Shown here: piece by piece, positions 11,701-26,700 of the stretch
Numbering within the stretch: position 1 is the first letter of the stretch
Layout: each line of letters opens with the position of its first letter
From: Thraustochytrium aureum
Taxonomy: Eukaryota
Assembly: GCA_012862495.1 (NCBI GenBank)
Contig: BLSG01000217.1
Coordinates: forward strand, 23,784-81,197
Direction of reading: 5' to 3'
DNA: 57,414 nucleotides
Made by a program: the position numbers and the translations under genes
Notes under the pieces: generated by a model
Database searches by the model: none
The model's input: only the letters and a program-made list of their open reading frames with translations
What the model was told of the DNA's origin: nothing

Positions 11701-14700
11701 GAACTCGGGAAGCTTTGATCGCCCCCGCCGTTCCGCTCTTGACGGGCTCGCTCGATCGCTGCAAAATCAGCAACCAGCTCCTCTAAACACACGATCATGA
11801 GAGGCGTCACCTGCGTCGGCTGCATGCAAACCTCCACCGCCGCGTTCACTTCTGTCAGGACGCGGAACGTGGGGAGCACAAGTCGACGCACCGGCAAGGC
11901 GCGCGCGCTATCTGGAGACCGCAGAGGCCTTGCGCTTGACTTTCGATTGCCACCGCCAAACTGTGCGGTTGCATCTGACGACCCCCGGGGTCGCCGGGAT
12001 GGACTATAATCCCCCCCGCCCTTGAGAGGCTCTGGGAGCGGGATCTCTTCCAGCGAGGCCCCCAGCAAGTCCCGTGGCATGGCCTCGGAGCTGCGCCGCT
12101 TTGAGAGCATCTGCGGCACGCGTGGTGGCGCCGGGGGCAGGGCAGCAGGATCCGGCTCGCGACCGGAAGGAATCGTCGGGAGGTGGTTGTCGGAGGAGCT
12201 CCTGTGCCGGCGATGGCGGTGGCCCTATCCGCCGCGTCTCCATGCTTCCTTGCGGCCTCGTGAGGAAGCAACGTTGCTTCGTCATCCTGCAGCTCGTCCC
12301 TCCCATCATCGACTTCCTCGTGCGTCTTCTTCATAGTCCCAGTAGCAGAGACCGTGGGCAACTCGAGGCGCATGAGAAGGTCAGAGCCGTCAAGCGGGCG
12401 GCTGGTTCCACCACCCATACTAAGTACGCGAGAGCTCTGCAGAGCGCCAAGGTTCGAGACGCGACGCCTATGCTCAACGCGTCGGATTCCCGTTTTGTGG
12501 CTCTCTGTGCAGCTCGCCTCTGCAGCGTACAGCGTCATCTCGCCTGGGAGCAGCTTCAGAGTGAAATCCACGTGGATGGGCCGCGGCGTTGGTGGCTTGA
12601 AGGCCGTGCTGAAGTGAGCACCGCTGGCGCCCTCGCCGTTCACCATTCGGTCGCCAAGACTTTCGCCATCATTCACGGTTGAATCTGATCCTGCAAACAA
12701 GGCACCGAGACCGCGCTGTTCGCCGCCAAGCGCATACGTTGCCTTCAGTCCCACAATGTACCGCAGACCCGAGACATCCATCGATAGTAGTGGGCTCGAA
12801 AACGTTGCAACCAACGCGACACCAAGCGGCGTGGGGTGCACGCCTTCTTCGCCAGGTTGCGGCGCAGAGCCTAGTCGCGGCGGCGGCGTCTTTGGTCGCA
12901 ACGGTGTCGTCCGTGCGTTGCGCTGATCCGAGCTGCGGCTCGCCCGTTGGTGAGAGCGCGCGTCTGCGCTCTTCGGAGACGGCCGCGGAGAGGCAAAAGG
13001 CACACGGTGCGCAGCGTTCCGCCCAACCGAACCCTGCCGGTCGGCCGGTACCGAGTCCGTCCCACCAGACAAGGAAACACCGATCGACTCGAGGGCAAAC
13101 CTACACCGGCTGCGCTGGTGCAAGACCGGTCCAGCGGACTCAGCCGCGACAGGTTCCCCCTGAAAGCTGGCAATGAGGTCGTCCACCACAACATAGGCGA
13201 CGAATGAGCTCTCTTGCAGACGTGTGAGTTTCCCTGTAGCGCTTGCGCTGCTGCCCCCGAGGCCCTCGCCGGTGGATGCGCCGCCGCCCTGTGCGGAGGA
13301 GAGATCTGTGCCGACCCGACTCGACGCGCCGGAGGCAACCGACGCATTTGAGCGGAAAAAAGTCGATTGCCGGCGGAGTCGCCTGTGGAGCGTCTCGACC
13401 GATTCGCCCCCTGCGAGGTCGTCAAACAAAGCAGTGACGAGGTTGTCCACGTAGCCCCTGGCCTTGATCGCCCCAAGCGTAACATAGAACGCCCCGTTTC
13501 GCAAGCCTTCCACACTTCCGCCAGGAGTGGCAAAGTCTGGCCCGCGGCCCGGACGTCGCTTCCCCTCGTACTGGAACGGAAGTAAGAGGGACGTGTTGAG
13601 GACGTTGACGTTGACGGCAACTCGCCGCAGCGCTTTCAGGTACATCTTGGTCCCCCGCAGTTCGCTCTGAATAGGTTCCTTGACGTTCCGCCAGACGACC
13701 TGGACATACTTGTCCATGCGCTCAAACTCGCCCAGCGACTCCTCGTCGCCGGACTGGCTCGACCCTGGCGCCGCAGCTGCGGCAAGGCCCTTGTTTGACT
13801 CGCGGTGCCTCATTGGGAAGAGGTATCGCTCATTTGCCCGCATGTAGTGGTAAAGCTTGACCGCGTGGAGGTACTCGTCCGCCAAAGCCTTCGACGAGGG
13901 CAGAAACCCGGGCTGGAGCACAAAGTGGGTATTTTCAATTGTAACCGTGCACGTTTGATTCCACGCCGAACGAGCGACACTCGTCAGCTCACTCTCGAAC
14001 ATCGGGAGCTGCTTGGAAGACCGTGGGTCAAACAGGACCTTAATGTCGCTGCTGACATGGAACAAGTCCTCAGCGTGAGCGGCGTCAGGGTTCCTGGCGT
14101 CGCTCGAGCGCGGCAAGGCGCCACTGGTTGGCTTCAGTCTCTGGAGGGAGCACTCTAGCCCCTGGAACTTGACGTGCGCAAACCAAACCATCTCACGAGC
14201 CTCGCTGACGTAGCGTTCCCCTGCGCCAGTGGGACGCTCAGGAGTTTGGTTCGTCGCGCGTGCCCTGACTCCCTCGTTCTGCTGCCCTTCTCTTGTTGAA
14301 CCTGCGGCCTCGTCACGCGGCGGGCCAGAGTTGGGCGGAAAGTCGCTTGCGAAGCCCGATTTGACGATAAGCTGAAACTTGCCAGTGTGCAGCTCGGCCC
14401 AAGGGCCACGCCTGCGAAGCTGCTCGATGTGCGTCGCACGCTCAGCGCTCTCTGGTGAAAGCTTTGTTGCCTCAGCGGCGCTTCGAATGCTTGTCCCGAA
14501 AGGCAGGGTCGCACCCTCCTCCCGCTCGCTGGCGCCGTGGTCCGACATGGCCGCGAGGGAAACCCCGCCAAGGATAAAGTCAAACGAGTAGCGCATCCGA
14601 CGCTTCGGGAAATGCTCATCGGGCTCCTCCACCAACGCGCTGATGTCGGCCGCTTGGGTTCCGCCAACCAGAGCAGCTTCTCCGTAATCAGCGCGAGTTG

Positions 14701-17700
14701 ACGGCACGTGAATCGCGAGACCGTTTGGATTCTTCCGGGCCCCTAGCCCGAGCGGCTCCGCATGCGCCTTGGCGGCAGCGCTCTGTTTCCGAGATTGGCG
14801 CCGAGCATCACGGTTGTTGGGTTCATCAACGCCAGTGCGCAATTCCGCGCGCGAGGCACTAGAAAAGGCCGCGCCCCCGGCCCGCGACTTGGCGCCTTGC
14901 GGTCTTGCCGAGATCTCGGCCGAAAACCGGCTCATCGAACTCAGCAAACTGTTGATTTCATGCGCAAGCCCAGACTGCAGGACCAAAAACTGCTCGATAA
15001 TGTCTGGAGTGAACGTGTTCCGGATAGGCTCGACGACGACCTTCAGGCATAGCACCAACTCTTTGTCGCTGTCATCGTCGGTTGCAGCGTCGAGCGACGC
15101 CTTGGCCCTCCGCTTGCCCCCGATCCCCGCCCGGCTAGACAAGCCAGTTGTGGCGCTGATCGTCGACGCGTTGCTCGAGAGAAAAGTCCGGTTCCCACCC
15201 GTTCATCTTGTCCGCTCTGCTAGAGCCCGTTTCGCTCACGAGGCTGACGCTCTCCAACGAGTTTGACTTGCGGTGTCGCCCTCCACTGCGAAGATGCGCA
15301 AGGCCTTGGTCGCCGTGCTCCTCCTCCTCGGAGTTGCTCCCCACATCGCCGCTGGTGAAGTCCTTGCGTTTCACGGGGAGGCGGCGCTTCCTTGCGTAGA
15401 GCTCTGACTTTAACCAGATCTGAGGCAGTGTCTGCTCAAAGAAGATGCCCTCGTTGTCATGCGCACAAGAGCCCGCAGACGGCGACGACTGAGACGACTG
15501 AGACGATGCTGTCGAAAACGACTTTTCTGCCTTTTCGCCGGTACCCACGGGCGAACGCGAATCTGGGCCGCGTCCACGGTCCTGACATTGACCGTGTTCT
15601 TCTCCCTCTTGTCGAAGCCAATGAGGCTCTTACCGATGTACAGCTGCGAATTGAGCTTCGAGTGGGCCTTGGTATCCGACTCCTTGTTGAGGGAAAAGCT
15701 CAAACTCTCCATTTCGTACTTGAGCAGCAGTTTTGCGTGCGGCTGCAAACGCGCTTTTATGTCGTGTATCCGGACCAACAGTGAATACCGCACCTTGACG
15801 ATGTCCGAGTCCTGATCGAGAACAGCCGCGGCGTTTGCGAAGCTCTCGATCTGCTCTTGAATTGAGGCACGCCTTCGACGAAGACGAGCCGCGCTGTCTT
15901 CCACACGTCGCAAGATCGTCTGTCCGGGCTCGGCGGACCAGATCTCTCCGTTTTCATGTTTCGGCCTTGACGACGACGAAGGCGACGCCAGCGGAGAGAT
16001 CAGAGGGTTTGTCGTCTGCGCCGCCCCTCTTGGAGCACGGTGCGGCCCCTCGTACCCGTCACCTCGAGGGGCAGCCCCTTTCTCTCCGGCTCCTGGTCCC
16101 GCGTACTCCTTGTCGACGTCCAACGCGAGATCGTGCGGGCTCAGCGGCGACATCAACCCAAAGGGGTCTGCGTAGCCCTCGCGAGCGGGGAAGCGCGAAG
16201 CGAAGGCGGCCCAGTCGTCTAAGCTGTCTTTGTAAGCAACCGCCCAGCCGTCGATGAGAGATTGCACTTTGTCGTGGTCGATCGCATGCAGCGGGACGCT
16301 GGCAAATGTGCTTCTGCTGCTCACGGTGAAGCGAACGTCGGTGAGGGGCTCTCCATTCAACGCTGCCCGGCCCCCCGCCGACGGCCGCGGGTCCACCGCG
16401 AAGAGGCCGTTCACAGAAATCCCGTTCAGAGCGAGGCTGGTCTCCCAGTCCGGGCTTTCCTTCCCGCCAGTCGAACCACACAAGCGCATCATGCACTGCT
16501 CGACGTTCAACAACACAAAGTCGCGGAGCCGTCCAGAGCCTTCGAGTGGGACCTCGGCCCCGGGAGTTACACCCTCTGCCGCCCCAGGGGTGGGCGCAAA
16601 ACTACGCTGCTCAAGCCGAGCCGACGTGCTTGCTTCGAGCACGTGGCTCAGTCGGTTCCACACAAAAGCTGTATCGCGAAGGCACAAAACGCCGCGCGTT
16701 TCCTGACTATTCGAGCCACCTGCCCTTCCCTTCGGCGCAATCAGCGAATCGAAGGAGTCGCGCAGTTCGACTTGGATCTCGTTGACGTGCGTCGTGAGGA
16801 AAACAGAAACCTGGTCCATAATCGGTTGGTCCGCAACGTCCAGGTCGGTGGCGGCAGTTGTCTCGCTCACGAGCGAGGCGTTGGATGCCATTTTCCCAAG
16901 CCTTGGCGGCGCACTTCCTGCGAAGTTAACAGCAGCAGGTGGAAACGCCACCGCCGACGCGCCGACACCTCTGTATAACTCGCCTCGGCTGATGGACACG
17001 CCCTCGTTGGCCAGCCTAGCGTGGTTCCCAAGCAGCGACTGAGCTGTGCCATCGCTACTCGTTGCATACGACATGGCAAGGCCAGGGCGCTGGTGGTTGA
17101 CAGCAAGCGTGGGGAAGGGCGGCGGGTATGGCTTGGCCACATCTTCAGCTTCTTCTGTGGTAAGGCAGGATTCGGAAGCAATGCCTCCCGCCGCTGGTGT
17201 CATCACTGACCGCCTCCGCCGTGCAGCCTCTTTCATCTTGAGCGACTTCGAGTCGGACCTGGCGCCGGGCTCGTCCGTCACAGACGAAGAGTGGGCCCGT
17301 CCTTGCAGCTGAGCTGCTTTTGCCCCAGCGCCAGCCAAGTACCCTTGAGGCTGGCCAATCGCAGGCGTGCTGGGCGCTCCGACGTATTCGCGGCGCCGTT
17401 TTAAATTGGCTTCGTCGAACGAGGCAGACGCACTAATCTCCTCCGCCGGGTTGAACGCGACACGCATGCTAGACTCGTCCCAACTACCCTCGCCTAGGCG
17501 CTGGTGCATCGACTTCGGGGCCAACGTCTCACTGCGACGCATCGATCGAGCGATCCGCGGATTCAATTCCCCCAGTGTGTCCGCAGGTCGAGTCGAGGCA
17601 GAGAACCGCGCCTCCTCGAAAGGCTTGTCCATGTCGAGGGCGCTCGGCGTATTCTTGTGCGCGAACCACGGTTTGGGCCACTTTTGAAGATCTTGCTCGC

Positions 17701-20700
17701 CTTCCACCTGCGGCTTCATGTAGCTTTCTGATGGGTTCTGGCTCTCCCGCGACGAGGCGTCTTCATTGCACCGGATTGTGCTGATCTCTGTTTCGTGCAA
17801 GTGGGCAGCAGAGCGTCTCTTGAAGTAGTAGTCCCGAAGCACGCAGGAGAGGCGCTCCACTACAGAGCGTGTGGCGCTAATCGCCGAGAGAAAGTCTGGC
17901 GACGTTGATGAGGCGACCCGTTCCGCCTTTACCGCGATGTTGTATTCAATCGAGTACAACCAGTTGGGCTGGCTAAACACACTGCCCCCAGGAGTAGAAG
18001 AGCCTGCTAGGCTACCGTTGCTGTTTCGCAGGTCAAACGAGCTGCCATGACCGCCCCCCCGCCAACGCCAGGGCCAGCAGCACCGTAGCGGCGGTGCCTA
18101 CTGAGGGCGTTCTCCGCGATGCACTTGAAGATCGAAATAGAAATCCCTGTCAATGCGGTGTCCATGCAGACGCGGTCAGCGTGGTTCATGGCCACCGTGG
18201 TCCATGCCGTGCGTTGTTCTGGCGCTGGACTTTGCGAAAGGCCCTCCTGGAAAAACCGCTTCGACCGTGGCCGCACGTGCAAAGCTTTGTGCGCATCGAA
18301 AACCCTCACGAGCAGGTCCTGCGCGATCAGCTGGACGTCAATGTCGTCTGGGCGGCCCACAGGCGCTCGCGGCGAAGACCGATCGTGCGCGCTTGCCTCA
18401 AGAAGCGGCGCGTCGAGGAGAGCGTTGAAGAACGCGTACGTGGTCGAGAACTCGTGCTGCGAGTGTCCCTCGACGTTCTTGGTAAACCCAACCCCAGCCA
18501 GCACCTCCAGCGGAATCGGATTGACGCTCGCTTGTCTGTCAAGCTGGCACGAGCCCATCTCCCGGAGCAACTGATCATAATCAGGGATGAAGCACGCGAT
18601 GCGGCGAAAGCGGGTGAGCACAACCCACTTGGGAAGCTCCCTGTCCTCAAATTTGACCCACTCGTTTTGCGGGCACATTACTGCGAGAAGCTGCACCTTC
18701 TTCGGCTCCCCGTTCAAGTCCCCTTTCAGCTTATCAAGCCGCGAGGCCAGCTTGAGCACCGCCCCGGCCAAAATCGCCCACTGATTGCGCCTGCGGAATG
18801 AAACGCCAACACTCACCTCCGCCAAACTTTGCGTCGCTTGCGCCCAGGCTAAGGCGGTGTTGAATATTGCGCGCACAGCGTCGACACTGCACTCAAGACG
18901 CATGCAGTCCAGACCGAGCTTGAGGCGGTCGGCTGGCGCCTTCGGGGCGAACCGACGGCCCTCCCCAAAGTGGCCTTGCACGTTAATCTTCCGCACGGCG
19001 AGCCTCACGACGTTGGCAAGAGCTCCCGCGTCTCGAAGCGCTGCGGCGTTGAACGCTCGCAGCCTCGCGTGCAAGACGCCGAGACGCGCCTCCAAGTTGT
19101 GGAGATGGAATTTCATCTCGAGCCCTGTCTCGGAGCCAGCAAAAACAAACTCGAGCTCATTGCAGCACGCATGTACAAGGTATGGAACCGGGCGGACGTG
19201 CTCGCGGCCCCGGCGCCGCCGCCGGGTCCCTCGAGCAAAGCCGTGGCGACGCCGCGAATCCCCAGACGGCTTGCCGTGTTGCGTTTCCGGCTCCTTTCGG
19301 CCCTGCTCAACCTCGCTCGCTGCGTCATTCTGCTCCGGGACCTCACAGTGCAGCAAGCGCAAGTTGATACCATGTAGGCGCAGACGCGTTTTGAAGCCTG
19401 CAAATTGCGGCGGGGCCAAAGCCTTGGGCGGCCCGGGTAGCCTCCCATCGGCGCTGCCAAGGTTGTTGTCACGGTGCCTCAGGTAGGGCTTCTCGAAGTA
19501 GTCAGCCATCTGATCGAAGTTTGGTGCAACTGGAAAGTAAGCGAGCATAGACTGCTCAAGCTCTTTGATCCCCTGCGGTGTCACGAAAAACTCCATCAAA
19601 TCCGACGCCTCAACCAAAAGAACGCGGGACTCGCGCTGCGAAACAAGCCGAGCCTGCTCCTTTGCCTCCTCCTCAATAAGTGTAGAGTTCCGGCGCGGGG
19701 TGGGCGTACCAGGTTGTTCCTCACCAGCGCTGTGCACGCCGCTGAGGCCCTCTGGAGAAGCCTGTTGCGCAGGATTGAGGGTGAAGGCGCCTGGAGGGAC
19801 ACGTACGGACCCGGAACGAGCGGGTGGACACGAGTAAACAGGTTGTGAGACTCCCCGAGGCCCGCTACAGGCAGGCCTTGCCGAACCATGTTGGCGAAGT
19901 GGGAGGCCTGGTTTCTGCCCGGCACAAGCACATTGGGGGACTCCATGCTTGTAAACGGTACGCTTTCGAGCTCAAAGTGCGCCAAGTAGGGGGACAAGTT
20001 CGCCACCTCGACGACGTGGTCTCGACGCGGCGTGGTGGTGAAGCTCATCAAATCCGCTGCAGTGAATATATCTCCATGGCGCACGCCGCTCCGCGACCAT
20101 GAAGCGTCCTCCCCAATCGCGCGACCATGTTCGCCTCCTTCGCCGTCTTCCGGTCCAGCGACCGGTTCGCGGGCACTCTGCCGGCCACCACTATGACCCG
20201 CCGCTGGGCGGCTCGACTGGTCTAAGGAGGCGGATGACGAGAGCGAAGACGTCGACGACGAAGACGACGAAGATGATGATGATGATGATGACGAATCTGA
20301 CGCATGCGGTGCGTGGTCCCCTCTGGAGGAAGCCCGTGCGGAGCCGCGCTTCGCTTGTGGCAGTTGCGAAAGCCGATCTACAGGTGTCGTCGCCGCTTCC
20401 GACGACGAGGATGAAGAGGCAGACCGGGAGGCGGAGGAAGAGGAAGAAGAGGAGGACGAGGAGCTTCGCGAAGACGACGAAGACCCTGATGAGCTCGACT
20501 GAGAATCGGACGCCACACTCTCCTCGGAAACAGAGCCCTCGTTCGCTGACCAGAACGACTCCTCCGAGTCTTCACTGCTTGAAGCCGGCTGCTTTCGACG
20601 GCTGCCGCTCGCACCAGAGATTGGCAACTCCTGGCTTTGCTCTAGAGGTCCGCTTTGAGGAGCAGAGTCAAGGCCTGTTGCGCTCAAGTGGCGTGCTATA

Positions 20701-23700
20701 GCAGCGTGCTCGAGCGAATCCCTCGGGCTGCCCTCGCCCAAACTCCCCGTGCCGGCCGAATCCAGCTCGTCGTCGTCGTCGTCGTCGTCGAGGGATTCTT
20801 GTCCGTCCCAGCCAGAGCGACTCTGACCCGCGTCGCTGCCATTGTACTTGCTTCCGACTGGGGCTGCGTAGGCAAAGCGGCACAGCTGGACTGCGTACTT
20901 GTACTCGACCTTGAGGTCGGCTAGGGTGGAGCTTGTCGGCAGCGGATAGGGGTTGCTGGCCGTGACGTCGTCAAATGCTTCAGTGCGTAGGCTTCTCGCT
21001 TCATTGAGGACATCCAGGAATGCGAGCTGGTTTTTCGCATGCCGGTCCATGTCTGCTATGTTGCCTGTCAGAGAAAGCGCAGCGCCGACGGAAACGAAAC
21101 CAACCTGCACCCACGACTCCAGCGACTCATTGTCTTGCACGTCCTTGCCAACGTGGCCTCGGACGTGGAAGTAGCTTGAATTGTGATAGCTGGCGTGCCC
21201 AGCAACATAGCGCGGAACGGCTGTTGCCCCAAAGAACGTGCGAGAGCTGACTGGAGGCCCGGAGCCAAATCCACCTCGCACGTTGGCATTCGTCCCTTGG
21301 TCCATGATGCGATCAAGGCGGGCGAGCTGTCGAACTTGGAGCCGAATCTCTCCGACACTCTGAAGCCTCCAAGCAGACGAAACAGTGATCAAGGAGTCGC
21401 CGTGAACGCGCGCACTACTCAAAACCACATTGAAGACGCTCTTTCCGTTTGGCGCCCAGAGAACCAGCACAGATTCTGCAGCAGTTGCCGCAATCGTGCG
21501 CCGTGAGTAGCGCTCTCTCATCGTGTATGCAACGTCTTCGAGCTCGAGGCAGGTCGCCGTCTGGTCCGCAGCATCCAACGTGCTGTACGCTGAACCAGGC
21601 CGCGGGATAGAGTCGATGCTCGCGTTTGGGTTCACAGGCGCTCCAGCAAAACCTCCACCATAGTCGGTCCCCGCGAGAAACCCACCACTTGGCGTTGCCG
21701 ACGCTTCATGCGAGCTGTTCGGTTCAAAATAAGAAGGAGGAGGCTGTCCAGCGAAGGCCGGTGCAAGGCTAGGCCGCGCCTCCCCTTCCCGAGGGGAACG
21801 ATCTGGACGACCAAACGTGGCAGGACTACCTTCACCAGCAAATGGGGGTGGCGGAGCAGAGCTCCATCCCCACGAGCGACCAGCATAGAAAGAAGAAATC
21901 CGAGGCACCTCTGCACGCCGCGGTTGGCCCGGGCGTCGAAAGGATCCGGCCTGGCGAGTCTCTGCGTCGACGCAATTGACACTGACCTGGCTTGCCAAAG
22001 GCGGACTCGTTGCATCCAGAGGAGGGCCACTCAGGCTGCCCACGCCCTCCTCGCCATGCTGGGAAAACCTGCGAAAGTTGTTCCAGCGCGCGCCAGCAAA
22101 CATGCACGCCTCAGCGAGCTGGGCGGGGTTTTCTTTCTGAGCGCCGCGTTCGGACCCCAGCGACGGTGCGGCGCCCGGGACAGCATTCGCAAACCTCTCG
22201 AGTTCCGTGGCGACCTCCTCCGAGACACTGTAGAGCTCGACGCCAAAGGTGACTTGCGCCTCCTTCTTGCTGGTGCCGTTGTTTCCGCGCCTGAACACGA
22301 ACGGGCCCGCCACGACGGCCCCAGACTCGCCTTGCGACCGATTGCCTTTCTTCCGTGGCCGGGGCACGCGAGAATTGTAAAAGTGTTCGTGGCAGTCGGT
22401 CGCGTCGATTGAAACCTTCTTTGTCGGGAGGGCTTCCAACAGCGTGTTATTTGCAAGCGCTTCGGAAGGCTTTGCTGAAATGTACGGGAATTGGACTCCG
22501 GGGCTTGCCGGGGAAATGCCCGCGCTGGAGGTCGGGGCGGAGGCCGGCGCGTCTTTCGGTCCAGACATGGTTCCAGAAAAGCCAAGTCCAGCGGGCGTCA
22601 TGCTGAAGGCCTTGCACTCGCTCGCTGAGAGCGGCCGGGCCGTCGAGAAGCCAGCGGCACTGTACTTGACACTCCCGATCTTGCGGTTCCGTCCGAACGA
22701 GCCGTCATAAATGGTGATGTCAATGTCCGCAGGGGATGGGACAAGAANNNNNNNNNNNNNNNNNNNNNNNNNNNNNNNNNNNNNNNNNNNNNNNNNNNNN
22801 NNNNNNNNNNNNNNNNNNNNNNNNNNNNNNNNNNNNNNNNNNNNNNNNNNNNNNNNNNNNNNNNNTACGTACCTTGCCCTCCAGATGGGTGCGTTCGTGT
22901 CAGGGACAAGCGCCGTGCGGAATACCTGGTCGCTGCAGACCACCTTTGCAAAAGCGTGCGGGTGCGCGGTTTGGCCTGCGTTGACAGCGTAAGGAAGGTT
23001 AACGGCATCGTGCAGCTCGACACGGATCAAGTGGTAACGCTGCGTCAAGCGCATTCGGGAGAAAATCCGCGTCCACAGCGATCGAGGGTGATCCAAAGGT
23101 GCGCCGGGCTGCGCGATGCACCGGAACCCGCCATTGTCCGTTCGCTCGTCCCCTAGCCGCGTCCAGCCTGCAGTGAACGAGTCTGCTGCGGCTTGAAGCG
23201 AGTGGATCTGAGCCACCTGCAAGTCTCCGCGAAAAGCTCCAACGTGCACTTTGTGAGCCTCTGAGAAAGCCAGAATCGGCGCGACGAGGCTCAGCTCGTC
23301 TCGGCCCAACAGCCACTGGATCTGCAGGCGGAGGCCCTCCCATAAGACGTGACCTGGCACGGGGCGGCTGATGTAATTCTCAAAGAGCGGCCGCGAGGCG
23401 CCCTCGCCGCCGGGGCCACTGGCTGATACCAAGCCCGGTTGCACATGGCGTGGGTAGGGAAACGGCCCCGTGGCGAGGCTCCGACCTCTCAGGAGCCCTC
23501 GAGCGGCGCTATGGTGCAACCCCTTGCCTCTGCTGCGCCGACTCGATTCGTTTGCATGCCCGCCGTCCTGTCGGTCAGACAAAGGTGATCGCGGCCGGCC
23601 TGGCGAGCGTGGCGCAGACGATCCCCCGTTTCTGGCCACCTTCCCGCTCCCTCCCGAGTTTCGACGACTGTGGCTCCGAGGCTCTCGATTTCGATGGCGC

Positions 23701-26700
23701 ACCATGTGCAAGCGTTGGTGAACATCGGGTAAGCCCGCTCCAAGCGCGACGATGTTGGTGCTAGACGTGTTGCCCTGCTTTAGTTCGCCCGACAGGCCGC
23801 CCGTTTCCGCCGGAAGCGTCGACGAGCCGAGCACTTCCGCGGACGGGACTTGCACACGTACGGGTTCGACATTGACGCACAAATCTTGAAACCTTGAAAA
23901 GTTGTAGCGCATTTCGAGCGCGATGCGCGAGGTGGAGAGCGTGATCGCTGACGACTCTGGGTCAACGAGGTCGCCCTCCTTGTCGACTCGCGGATGCAAA
24001 TAGATTGGGAGGTGGACAGCGGCGTCGGCAAAGGTAATGTTGAGCGCGACTTCAAAGTCGTTCAGTGTGGGCCTCACAAGGCGGTTGTCCGCGTTGACGT
24101 AAAAGGCCTGGTTGGCGATACGCGAGCGCAGATTGCGCCCCCCAGAAGCCGCGTAGTCGTCCGGTGCGACAAGAAACGTTGTCGCACCAAAGTAGTTTCG
24201 CTGAAAGTTGGCGAGGGCCTCGATGGCTTCTGGCAGCGCGACGAGTCGAGGCTGCACAAAATGCAGCGACAGCTTGACCGAGTCCACATTGCCGTCCTCA
24301 ACCTTGCTGAAATACGTGTACTTGCCGTTCACAGTAAGACGCTCGAAGGCCAGGAAGCGCGGCTCGTGCCAGTCCGTGTTGGGCTCTGTGTTGCTAGGTT
24401 GGGGGTGGACCACCGAGCGGCGCGCATGCGCGGCGGGGAGCATGAGCATGGCAGAGCACGACGAGCTCCAGCTGTCTACGACCTTGTTGTTTTCCAAACT
24501 TATGCTCCATTCGAACGTTTCGGTCGGCGGCGCGAAGGAGAGCGACTCGGTTTGCACTTCGAGCTTCATCTTTGGCACTTCGAGGCGGACGAGATGGTTG
24601 AACCTGTCGTCCTCGAGCGAGGCAGTGACGTTATCCTCGTTTACATTCAGGAGCCACGTGACCTTGTCCATGTCAACGCGCAGAAAATAGCTGACTGGGA
24701 TGAAGAAAGCCAGCTTGGGGTCCCCCTCCGGCTCCACATGCAGATTGCTCGCCCAATCTGAGGCGAGGTCGTTGAGGCAGTTGACGTGCTCTCGGACAAA
24801 GCGGATTTCCGGCGTCTTGATTGAGCTGGAGAAAGTCCACTCCTGTTTCGCATTCCAGACGTTGGGGTAAGTGATCCGCCCACGGATGACAAACTCGGAG
24901 CACCGCATGAGCTGGGACTGCGTCACTGAAGAACGGATGACGGGCTGCTTCACGTTGAGCTGGAAAAGCGTTTTGTACTCTTTCTTGGACAAGGACTCGA
25001 GGGGAAAGTCATAGACCATTGTAGACCCGTGCGCAAAGTCAATCTCCAGCCAGCCGCACGCTAGGCCATAACTCTCCGCGAACGAGAGAGGACCCCCGCA
25101 TGCGACCTTGGCCCCCGCCACCCCTGCCATGTTGTTCGGCTGGCCACTTCGACCGGGAGATTCCGGCGACCTCGGAAATGCGCCCCTCTCCCTCTCGTCC
25201 GACATGCTCGCGTTGCCGTGAATGGACCCGCCGCGGTTACCATCTCCGTCAGGAACGGTCATGCCTTGCGCCAATCCAAGATTGTCGAGAAACCCGCCCT
25301 GTGCTTGACCGTACGCGAACCGCTGCTGCTGCTGCTCTTCACACATGAGCTGGCGATGGTGCTGGATCAAGAGATACTCTTGCAAGCGACGCGGTAGCCT
25401 GGAGCGGCTGTCGCCGAGGACGCGCCGAATCTCCTTGAGCGATGGGTGGTCGTACCCGTGCACAGCCTCAAGCGTTTGCAAATACGTGAGCTCATTCCCC
25501 ACCGACCCTTCCAGGCTCGCGTGGAGCGAGTCGCGGTCAGCGCCTTCCGTCGTCCGAGAAACGAACGCGAAGAGTAGGGCCTCAAACTCTGGGGGCACAG
25601 GCAGCTCGCCAATGGCGTTGTCGACCTGATAGAGGAGCACTTTGTCCTCTGGCAGAATGTTGGACATAAGACTCAGCAGGGGCCGTTCGCGCCCTACGTA
25701 CTTTGCCCACAATGCGCGAGCCAGTCTATCTGGTCCGTTGCCCGAGGCGAGGTCGTCCTGCGGAACTAGCTTGGCGACAGCTTGTGGGTCGCGCTGCTCG
25801 AGCATGCGCGAGAGGTACTGCAGGTGCTTTTGATACTGCAGAATGGCGTCAAGGCTTCGGTGGTCTTCCAAGTCGCACTGCTCTTTCAGGGAGCTGATGT
25901 CCGAGTCGAGAATCCATCCATCGCGACCAGCGTCCCCGCCAAGCGGGAGGGTGAGCGAGGCAAATGAAGAAGCACTCGACGACCTCGCGTGCCGCGAAAG
26001 CGGTGCCCCGTACAGCCCAGAACCCAACTGGATCCCGCCTTGCGGCGAGTTGTTGCCACTCTCATACCTGTCAAACGCCGAGGCGCCGCCAGCGGGATGG
26101 TCAGCATTCACTCTAGCGCTGGACCCCCCTGCTGCGGCAGCCTGAGCTGACCACTGCTCAGCTCTCGCCATCGCTGCGAGGTGCTCTTGCAGGGTCCCCC
26201 AAATGCTGATGTTGCCGGCGGCGTCAGCGGGCGAGTGGCTCGAAGACGTGCCGTCGTACCAACCAGTATTTTGGACTCGATAAGGGATTCTCACGTTGGT
26301 GACCCCCAGGAATGTGACGGAGCACGCGAGGACCAGGGGCGCGCGTGGGGCGCCGGGCTTGGTTGGGCGGTATTGTGTGATGTCCTGGTAGTCGATGGGG
26401 AAAAATCGACTGAGAAAGCGGCCGCGATGGTGGTCAGCCCAAGGACCGTAGGTCAGCGTGGTCACTGGCCTAGCTTGCGTTCCTGAGCCCGACTTGGTGG
26501 CCCCGATTGCGATCTTGAGCACCAGTTGGGGGGCGCAGAGATGCATTGCGCTGTCGCTCCAAGCGCCGATTTGGTCCTTCGTGATGGGCCCTGGCTCGTC
26601 GTAATACAGGTTGAACTCGACGCGGTCGGTTGTAAGAATGTCTGGCTCTGGCAGCCTGCCCACCAGACCGCCCTTCTTTTGCTTGCTTTGCCGCCTTCCT

